A program made the position numbers and the translations under genes. A model generated the notes under the pieces. The model was not told the origin of the DNA and did no database searches. It saw nothing but the letters and a program-made list of their open reading frames with translations. A stretch of 63,297 nt of DNA, counting the filler, from Choristocarpus tenellus KU-1152 (lineage: Eukaryota; Protista; Phaeophyceae): NCBI GenBank assembly GCA_964200185.2. It is 11 parts of 11 records of this genome, joined end to end, with 100 filler letters (N's around TTAATTAATTAA, not from the genome) between each part and the next. Parts side by side here need not be neighbours in the genome. Positions count along the whole stretch, not along the records: positions 53,782 to 57,406 come from CAXNAD020018886.1; positions 57,507 to 60,348 come from CAXNAD020024277.1; positions 60,449 to 63,297 come from CAXNAD020024215.1; 8 more parts are not named here. The stretch is one strand, 5' to 3'. Numbering within the stretch: the first letter of the stretch is position 1; every line of letters starts with the position of its first letter. Shown here piece by piece: positions 54,024 through 63,297 of this stretch.

Positions 54024-55187
54024 ATGACGCCCTTCTGTGATTTGTTCAATATGTCGGTTACTGCTGTGCAGATTGACGGTGCTGGCTCCCTCGATGCCAA
54101 CGGCAAGAGATTAAAAGATGGATTGAATGTCCAAATGCTATTTGTCCATCGCGGCGACATTGGACAGGGGAGTAAAAATAGCGGTAGAAGATCGTCCTTA
54201 CGCCAATTTGGAGAGGAAAATGCCACGTCCATCAATGGCGAACAATGCACGTCATTGTGTGGCAGAAGAAAACAGTCCCTGCCTCCTGGAGTAAGTACTG
54301 TTTGTGATTCTTCATGCTTCCCAAGTGGCGGGGAGGTTCCCCGTTTTGGAGGTTATCTATGTGGAGCTGGGGATGTTTCAAAGTACGGTCAGGGTTGTCG
54401 GCTCTGTTACACCGACTTGGAGGAAGCCCAGACAGCAGACGAGGCTCTGAGGGAGAGTAGGGCTAGAGATATGAGGGACAGACTTGAGAAGGATTGTGAG
54501 GAAGGTCATCATGTTATCATGTGTGATACCCTTGCACCACCACCGGCAAGGGGCTGCCACACTGATTGCATCACAGAAACAAGAGCGGTGAGTAGCAAAA
54601 TGTGGTATTAGAGGGGTTTTTTTTCTGAAACGCTGAATGAAGTATTGATATCCCTAATGCTCTATTGTCAGACTTGCCCTGTTTTAAACACCCCACTTCA
54701 AAGTTGATGGAGAAGTCATCGTTGACCGTTCAACATGTTAGCCGAGTGAAAGTATCTTAGAGGGTACGAGTTTTGCCATGTTTGTCTATTTGGGGCTTGA
54801 CTGCCTATGGGTTTTTTTTATGACAATTTCCTACTTCAAAATGTTTATACTAGTTATAGTTAACGAGCATAGGTAACCCCCCGATCGATAAACTGCTCCT
54901 ACTATTTATACGATACCAATAACCAAGTTGTGTATGTATGTCTCTCTTGACAGGTGTGTGACATGAGGTGCAAATATGAACCTTCCGAGAGTATGAGATG
55001 CAATTGGCTGGGCCATGGTGCGCTGTGTCGTCCGTGCTTCACCCATGTTGAGCTAGCTCGAGCAACCAACATCGTTGCACACAACTGGGGCCATGATAGT
55101 GTTATCATGTGTGACACCCATGAACCCCCATTGCCAAAGGCCTGTATGTTGGGGAAGGATTCTGAAGGGGTTGTAATGAGGAAGTAG
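54024..55187 (+). CDS. Cys-rich protein with two internal CR.C(Y/F)T...VIMCDT..PP repeats (exons ~54024-54587, 54954-55187)
   Basis: Long open frame joined by a phase-0 GT-AG intron; the duplicated Cys motif spans both exons; the true start is uncertain. Confidence 0.75.
54744..54845. mobile_element. Truncated MITE family B in reverse orientation, intronic
   Basis: GAGTGAAAGTATCTTAGAGGGTACGAGTTTTGCC is the reverse complement of the family-B right end. Confidence 0.8.
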
Positions 55188-56463
55188 TGATTCTCTCGTT
55201 GCAGTAGTGGGGATTCTCTGAATAGAATACAAGGGAAGAACTAGAAGTTACCCTCTACCGCTTGAAGGAGGGTATAGATGCATCAATCACAACCATTTTT
55301 TGTATATGGAAATGGATGGATCCAGGTTAGTAATGTGGGGGCCCCTCTTGATAATTGGTAGAGTACATAGAGTGTGCTTGAGACATCTGAGTGGGGCAAT
55401 TTCTTTTCCGTTCACCACTGTTGTTATGGAACAACTATCACCTTACTTGCTCAGAGTAATACTGCTTTATTGAAGCTGTTGTGGTATTGTTTCTTCCATT
55501 CAGGACAGCCCAATCCTTCAGGGTTCATCAGCGTGTTTGTTTTGGTTTACATTTTTTCTCTACTCCGAGCTCCATGGTTTGAGTCTTATATGTGTAAGAA
55601 ATCCATATCACCAGTGTGACTGAAGTAGATGAGGATTGCAAAAGTTGTGGAAAGAATCCAGTTATAGGAGTATGTTGGAGAAATACGGTCATTTTGGGGG
55701 TTCGGGTTGAGTTACTACATATCATATAGTGATGTATGTAGTCCTCCTGTGTAGAGATGTGTATATGCTCACGACAGCACAGCTTTGAGTTGGTTGCGTA
55801 CCAGCACCATACTATTGGTGAATATGTGAATGTGTATTATATTTGCTAGTGTGAATCACAGTAAGGGTCACCTGAACAAACGCATTATGTACAATGCAAG
55901 TAGTAGATTAAGTGCATATATACCAAGTCAGAGTACGCTAGAACTCTTAAGTTTTGGTTGCTTCGCATTTGAAGCCACTTTTTTTTGTTGTTGCAATTCA
56001 TCCTTATTTACATGGATGTAATCCTCAGATTGATTTGAGAGTGTTGTTTCTTCCAATGTTTGGAAATCTTCGACAGATTTCAGGTAAGTTCCCATATCCA
56101 TTTGTGCAATAAGTGGAATATTGTGCATTTTTCAGCATCCCTGGGCACGTCTCTCTCTCTTCGACTCAAAATCACTGAACATTGATTGAAATGTCTTGGA
56201 ACCCATGTTTCAGATGTCTGAACGTGCCGTAGTTGTGGTTTGAAAGGTGCAAGATTGGCACAGGAGGAAGATTGCTGCACAGCAAGGTTATATGAAAACT
56301 TTTTCTCCCAGTCAGACCTTTTTGGCGGCTGTCGGAGAAGCCATGAGCAATGAAAAAACATCACAAGAAAATTGGAAATCGTGATCTTCACTTCAAATTT
56401 TCGTTTGTTGGTGTCAAACAGTGAAATTGTCATTCTCCTCAAGTAATAAAATAGTTGTATGAT

Positions 56464-56713
56464 GAGCCAAATTATCTTAAGAGGTTAGAGCCGCGTCCAT
56501 TTGGGGGCCAAAGTTCAATGTTGCACTTTTGACGTAATTTTGTCTATTGTGTGTGTTAGGAAGTGCCAGTATCGATGTTCTGGACACACCTCTTCAAAAC
56601 GTATACATTTTACCTACTCCGAAACATTAAAATTATTGTAAGAAGCCCATGTGAAGCCAAGCCCCAAATGGACAAACAGGGCAAAACTCGTACCCTCTAA
56701 GATGCCTTTACTC
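56464..56713. mobile_element. MITE family B, full 250-bp copy, GAG...CTC ends, TGAT TSD
   Basis: TGAT at 56460-56463 and 56714-56717; imperfect TIRs. Confidence 0.88.
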
Positions 56714-56724
56714 TGATGAGAACA

Positions 56725-56899
56725 GGTTCAAAGTATCTGGGGGTGTGTGTATGGTTTGTGAGGGGGCGTCCGTTTTGGTCCAACAACGTTTTTTTTTATG
56801 ACATCGCAAATCCGACATGTGCCACCAAATCACACCAAAAAAGTGAAAATCGAAAAAAGATTGAAAAACGGACGCCGACACCCCCAGATACTTTGACCC
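56725..56899. mobile_element. MITE family A, full 175-bp copy, AACA TSD
   Basis: GGTTCAAAGTATCTGGGGG...CCCCCAGATACTTTGACCC; AACA at 56721-56724 and 56900-56903. Confidence 0.9.
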
Positions 56900-57232
56900 A
56901 ACATCACAATTATGTTAGGGTTCCGAAAAGTGGTGGAAGGCGTCATACAGTACCAACACTAGTGAAATGTAAGTGAGTGCAGAATCACAAATCGTAGTTA
57001 ACCGGAATGGGATATTTACATTTCGAGAAAACCCTGAACCTTGAATGGGGAAGGAAGATATCCCTACTAGGATCTCTTCTTGAGGAACATATCTGTTTTA
57101 CCCCCAATTTCTCAATTTTTTGTTTGTTTGTTTTTGTACTCGTCCACACTTTGCATTTTTCCAGGCATGATATTTATGTGTCACATATTGCTAGATTGAC
57201 ATCTTTTTTGGGAGCCTACTTTGATTGTGTTT

Positions 57233-57370
57233 GGGTCAAAGTATCTGGGGGGGGGGTACCGGCGTCCGTTTTTCACCCTTTTTTCAATTTTCACTTTTTT
57301 TGTGTGATTTGGTGGCACGTGTCCGATTTGCGATGTCATCAAAAAAAAAGTTGTTTGACCGAAACGGACG

Positions 57371-57406
<36 letters not shown>
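57233..57406. mobile_element. MITE family A, cut by contig end
   Basis: GGGTCAAAGTATCTGGGG start; the interior is near-identical to 53782-53942. Confidence 0.88.
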
Positions 57407-58082
57407 NNNNNNNNNNNNNNNNNNNNNNNNNNNNNNNNNNNNNNNNNNNNTTAATTAATTAANNNNNNNNNNNNNNNNNNNNNNNNNNNNNNNNNNNNNN
57501 NNNNNNCTGAAGCAGTCCTTTCAGAAACATTCTACACAGGGCTGGCCCACTCAAAGGGAACATTAATGAGAGGAATAAGGAGTTTTACTGCCAGTAGACA
57601 TTGAGAATCCATGTACAAACTTCATCATGGGCAGTGCATTTGTTGCAAGTGCACTATTTTTATAGAACCTCTATAGCCCTCCCTGGTCAGAGATGAGACA
57701 AACATTTTCCGGGTCATGGATCACTTTGCCATGTTGTAGGTCAAGATTGGATTGGCTAAACATCAAAAATATCAGATAGTCCGGACTGAACCAGTAGAAG
57801 AATTCTTGGAACCAGACAAGACTACACACTGGACCGTGTAAATTGTTGACGGTCCTGGAATGTAGCTTTCAGTAAACATTGGAAGTGGACCAGTTTATGA
57901 ACCAGACAATAAAAAAAATTCTGCCCTGATGAATGGCACAAAAACGGATAGGTTTCTAATAAAATGCCCCACACACCTATTACTTTCCTTGATCGATTTG
58001 CACTAGTACTATGATATGTATTTTGTAATACTTTAGTACATATCCTCACACTATTGATACTTTAGTGGGAGTCTGTACTCAC

Positions 58083-60295
58083 CCTTCAATACTGCACTTT
58101 TTTCCTGTGATGCTGACCATATCCGGCTCTTTCTGACCCTTCCACACTTCTGTGTCATCCTTCTTGTCCAAAACCTTACCTCCATCCTGCACAAAAATAG
58201 CACTGCTTGACCTGAAGGCTGCAGTGTTGGTGCTTCCAGGCATGCGGCGCTCTATGTGGTCTGGAGCAATTGAAAGAGCTCCACCCAATTCTATGCTACG
58301 ATTTTGATTTGCTTGGGATGCCTTGATATGACCATCCTTGGCACCCCTTTCCTCTCTGTTGCCAATCACTCTTCCATCCTGTCCTTCTGTTGAAGAAGGC
58401 AAGTTAAGATATCAATTAGGATTGGGACATGAAATATACTTTGTGGGCAGATGAGTGGATGAGCCAATGCGTTAGAACAGGCTAAAATATTCATTTACCC
58501 TCAACTACAAAAACGATCTCCAAAGGTATTTATACTCTTCTTCAAAAAGGTGGAAGTGTTCTTCACCAAGGTAGAAGACTTAACTCTATTAAGAGTCATA
58601 GCATCCATTTTCCTGTTTTGGAATCTGTTGGTTACTGACTGCCAAGATTTGCTGGAAGCCAAGTTCGGACTGCTGTTCGGTTTCACATATTACAGAAAGG
58701 CTTGGTCCCTCATTAATAAGGTTTATGATGTGTCCGGTCCAGGCCACAGACAGCCCAGTTCCATACGTAAACATAAACTCCAGACTATCTTTCTAAAGGT
58801 CCGGTCCTAGGCCTAAGAGTTCTGTGATAACCCTGGTCTGGACCATGGCCTAGTTCATTTGCTTGTGAAAGATAGGGTCCTAGGCCGAAAGGTTGGTGAA
58901 ATACCTGGTCTAGGTCACAGTCCAGGATAGTGCAGCGACTGAGGGTTCAGTCCCAGGCCATCAGCATATTTTATGGTACCATCTGTGGTCTGGTACAAAG
59001 TTCTTGGTACAACAGACTCATTTCAACTACTATCATGTATGTAGTAGCATGGAAGTAGAAATCGATATCATCTGCTTCTAAGGCACCATCTACTTCAGTG
59101 ATGCGAGCATGACAACCCAGTCCCTCACTTGTTCTGTTGGCACATGTTACCAGGAACCATGTGAACAAAAAAAAAAAGGGTAAACTGAGCAAAACAGTTC
59201 GTGCCTGCTAGTTTTTCCTACTCTTCTAAATCTCACCACAACTCTAAAGTACATCCTATATTTCTTAAATACTCATCTTCATGACTCATTTATGTTCTTA
59301 TCAAACAGAGGTTCATATTCGTTGATTTTGAAATGGTTCGAACACCATCCTACGTCTCACACAAAATAAAATATCGACCAAATAAGCATTCAACATGAGT
59401 ACAAGTACACATAAGACAGCAAGAGGCAGTCATAAAAAAAAAAAAACTAGCAGAGTATTGAAAGAATTACTACTTATAACACTCAACCGACCAGGAACCT
59501 TTTCGATGAACTCGATTCATTCACTGGTGCATGAGGTAACTGCTGCATAGTCCTGGGAGGTAAAAGGACCTCACTTTTTTCTTCCATGTTCACACACAAC
59601 CAAAACAGATTTGTATTGCATAGAACTTCATTGCGCAACATATCAAACAATGAAACAAATAAAAATAATAAAAATAGAAAAAATAGAAAACATATAACCA
59701 AACGTTTTCAGTTATGATCTCGGCTACTTTTCAAATAATTCAATAGATCAAATTAAACAGTTATTGTTCACAACACAAAAATATATATATATATACTATC
59801 AACCAAAATATACACCCCTTGCAATCAGGCCACCAACAGCCTTACCTCACGAAATACAACAAAGAGAAAAAAGCCTTCCTGCCATGATTCATCCTCCTAC
59901 ATCACAAGCGTTTGAGATTAGCTCAGGTTTTGTGTGAATAGAATTGTGCTGTGTGCTGGTTTATCTTTCCAGATGACAGTAACGTCAATGGACACTGTCA
60001 TTCAAAACATATTGCACCCCCTACGGTCCTCCAACTACCAACTTATTATCTTCGCAGGAAGCACTGATTTTTCCTTTAGCTAGTTAGCTAGTTAGCTAGC
60101 TAGCTGGTCTGCAGACACCCCACCCCCCAAAAAAACATAATTCCTCCTCACCTTTCTCCCTCTGCTGCACTTTCACCCCACCCTCACCCCCCTGTACAAC
60201 ACTACTGTTAGCCCCTTGATCTCTTTGATCCAACTCTTTGTCCCCGTCCTTCTCCTCCCCCTCCCTCCCCTGCTTATCCTGTTTTTGCTCTTGCA

Positions 60296-60296
<1 letters not shown>
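58083..60296 (-). CDS. Possible exons of an unidentified gene (~60152-60296, ~59845-59897, ~58083-58400)
   Basis: Open hydrophilic frames ending at GT donors; a consistent full splice path could not be built. Confidence 0.3.
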
Positions 60297-60338
<42 letters not shown>

Positions 60339-60535
60339 TTCCCCCCCCNNNNNNNNNNNNNNNNNNNNNNNNNNNNNNNNNNNNNNNNNNNNTTAATTAA
60401 TTAANNNNNNNNNNNNNNNNNNNNNNNNNNNNNNNNNNNNNNNNNNNNGAGGGAAGAAGTATGGCGGGGAGGGGGGGGTGGGGGGGGGGGGAGGAGCGGG
60501 TGATGGGGGGGGGGGTGAGTGAGTGCAATGTTTAC

Positions 60536-63082
60536 CTCCATGAACCAGGGCCCAGAAGCAGGTGTTGTAGAGGTTGTTGATGTGGCAATCCGCCTGCCTC
60601 CAGCTGAAATAGTCACGGACATGCTGTGTACAAAAGGGGAAATCAAGGGGCAAAGCACAGAGTTGTGCACATGACGTATGGGGCGGATTTCTTTCCCAAA
60701 GTGCAACAGTAATAAGCAGGAGCAGCAACAAGTAATGAGGGGTAAGGGATATATCATGTACAGAATAGAATGGCAAGGCGAGAAGTTGGGAAGTACTGGT
60801 AGACCACAGCAACATGAAGATAAAAGATGTTCCAGAGTAAGTGGATGATAGATACACCTGCACATCCAAATAGTCCTGTTCCGCCCCAGCCCCACAAATA
60901 CCCGGATGGCACACCTTTATGGATGGGTAGGGCACAACACGACCATCGAAGCATGGTGGATAGCGGAGCACTATGTCTGGGAAGTACTTAGGCCACAAGA
61001 AAGCAAAACTGTACCACAACAGATTGGAGTTATGGGGAGGGGGAGGGGGGGGGTTATTTTCCAGTCAGACTCAAAGACACTTGAATAGAAGTGGGAGAAG
61101 TAGGATGGTATGCTGAAATCATAATAGAGGTCAAAATGCAAAATCGTATGACTGGACTCATGCCTGGGTGACCATGTTTGCCTGGCAGGGGGTATTCATT
61201 TGTTAACTGCCTTTGCATAATAATTCCTAATCCCATCAAACATTGAAATGTTCAAGTGTTGATTCCACTATTGAGACTTCCTGAGGTAGGGACTTTGACA
61301 GTACCATGAGCACACTAGAGGTGCAACAGAAGCCACAAGGAACCACGAACTGCTTCTTCGTCCACATCGTGACCTCTGTCTGGGCCTTACTGCCAAAACA
61401 TTTGCGAACAACTCAGCAGTCGTAGGTTCAGCAACCATGAGTGGCCAGGTGTTAAAAAAAAAAATACTGACAGAGACAGGAGATGCACGCAACTTCCTGG
61501 CATGGATAATGTTTAACACCGAGGATATCGTTGTCAAAAAGAAGAAAAGAAATTTAAACAGAAGGCAAAGAGGAGATTGTTTGATCCTTAACATATGCAT
61601 ACATATAAATGTATTTTCCTTTCATCGCAGGACAACAGGGCCCTGGTCACCACATGCCCTGAACACTTGACCAACAATGCATGCTGTGGGATGGGTATGG
61701 GGGAAAATGTAAAGATGGATATGGATGGATCTTGTACTCTCGATTATGCAGAGCTCTGCACTGCAGATTATGCCAAGCAATCTATCCCCACATTAGACCC
61801 AATAGTATGGCATGCATGAGGCATTCTCATCATTCATGAAAGACAAGTCGCAGTGATCAGGAGAATAAATTATGAGACAAGTGACGTTCTCCACTACCGT
61901 TCACTGTTCACAATTCCCTTGTACCAGCCTCACAATGGACCAAGGTGGAAAGATTCAAGCAGGCCTGCACTTTCTCCAATATCAAGGGGGCATATTTGAA
62001 TTTTGCAAATTGCCAATAGAGGGGGGCTTACCACCTGCCACTCTACAGTGCCACTTGCCCAGATTCAGGTCACACTCCCCTCACTCCACTCCCAACGTTG
62101 TATTCTACAACCTGAGCCATCAAACTTGGGAGAGTCTGTTAACGACCCTTGGTCTTCCTCATTTAGATATTCAGAAGAGTTCAACATGTACTTAAAACAT
62201 ACAGTTGAAAGTTTGCACTTGGTCACCACAGAAATGCTACGCACTCTTCACCTCCTCCCCTTCCCTGTGAATATATTCCTCGTTACCTGGAGGAAAAGAG
62301 AGATGCAAATGATGAACATATCTTGGAAGCGCGACGGTTGTAGAGGGAAGAGGAGTTCGGAAGTAGGAAGCTGAACTCATCGCTCTGTCCGTATGCTAAT
62401 ACTGTGTCGCCCCACTCGGACATCACCCTCAGCGCACACTGGGTGGGGTTTACAAGTGGGGAAAGCATCCGAGTCGGCACTTGTCAGACCTCAAAGTCAA
62501 TCATAACATGAAAGATGACATGTCCTACGCCTTCGCATTAGTTCCGTTGCTAGATGTGTCGGGTGACTGACCTGGATGGGATAGTAAAAATTCTTACTCC
62601 TATATTGCATCCCTCAAACATTCAACATTGAAATGTTTTGCCAGAAGTATTTGCAACACCAACGAACGGGTCGAATAGTCACACACGGGTTCGGAACGCC
62701 TTTTGTATGGACTACGAACACTCTTGTCAAGGTGCTACAGTCGAGACTAAAATCGAGGAAGGGCAAATTCCCACACGATGTGAGAGGGGAACCTTTTGAC
62801 GTTACAATTCGACGAGAAGCGTGGTGTAAGGAGAGTACCATATTAAAAGCGTTGGATATCACAACACATATATGCCAGGGTCCGATTCTCATGCTTCTGT
62901 GATTGTCGCCTTACCTCCGTCATGAGGAGCAACCCTCTTTCATCATTAGGCTTGATGAAGTCATGGTCGTCGACGAACTTGGTGAAGCGGTGCCCGTCCA
63001 GGCGGACAACGAGAAAGGTATCGGGCAGAAGAGAATCGCTTAGCTCGAATGTCTTTACGTACTCGAACCTGCTCTTAGCCAT
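60536..63082 (-). CDS. THG1: tRNA(His) guanylyltransferase, 5' part (exons 62915-63082, 62287-62438, 60915-61008, 60536-60623)
   Basis: [77 protein letters not shown]; exon phases are consistent. Confidence 0.97.
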
Positions 63083-63297
63083 TGAGGCGGTGCCACATTG
63101 CCTATTCTCTGTCCTTGAATGAATTTGTTAAGGAAATTGGATGTTGGAAATTGGTGTGAGGAGAAGAACACCGCCTTCCAAATACTATCATACCCGTTTT
63201 GGGAGAGGAATGGATAGTGTTATGTAATATACTGTGAATAGTGTGATTCTGTGGCGGCGTGGTTCACTCAGGCAAGGGTGATGAAGAGAATCACTGG

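Noticed and set aside
55330-56442. Minus-strand ORFs next to the MITEs as a candidate Sola transposase
   Set aside because: No DDD/E motifs or recognisable homology, and the frames are short and discontinuous
1-63297. Functional clustering of RNA-related genes (helicase, THG1) or TE/gene neighbourhoods across the window
   Set aside because: Contigs are concatenated artificially, so adjacency across linkers is not evidence of linkage

Overview
Eukaryotic, intron-rich genomic DNA, most consistent with a photosynthetic stramenopile such as a brown alga (inference from GT-AG introns, a bipartite plastid-targeting N-terminus, TTAGGG arrays and DD39D-like mariners). The window is not contiguous. 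It is 11 short contigs joined by artificial 100-bp N-TTAATTAATTAA-N linkers, so genes on different contigs need not be neighbours. Spliced genes reconstructed by hand: RME-8/DNAJC13 (partial), an R3H-DEAH (YTHDC2/DHX36-family) RNA helicase with a C2HC zinc-finger insert, a DH-domain RhoGEF (partial), EMC1 (partial), a possible AP2-like protein, a plastid-targeted SET-domain methyltransferase, a Cys-rich tandem-domain protein and THG1. Mobile DNA: two Ty1/copia fragments fused back-to-back, two decayed Tc1/mariner transposases, a TA-flanked 1.07-kb TIR element carrying an unknown ORF and a ~275-nt hairpin, and abundant MITEs with GRG...CYC ends and 4-bp TSDs (Sola2-like). Many minisatellites and interstitial TTAGGG arrays are present. 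CpG is strongly depleted in gene bodies and retained at gene 5' ends. No CRISPR, TnpB/Fanzor or RNA gene could be supported.
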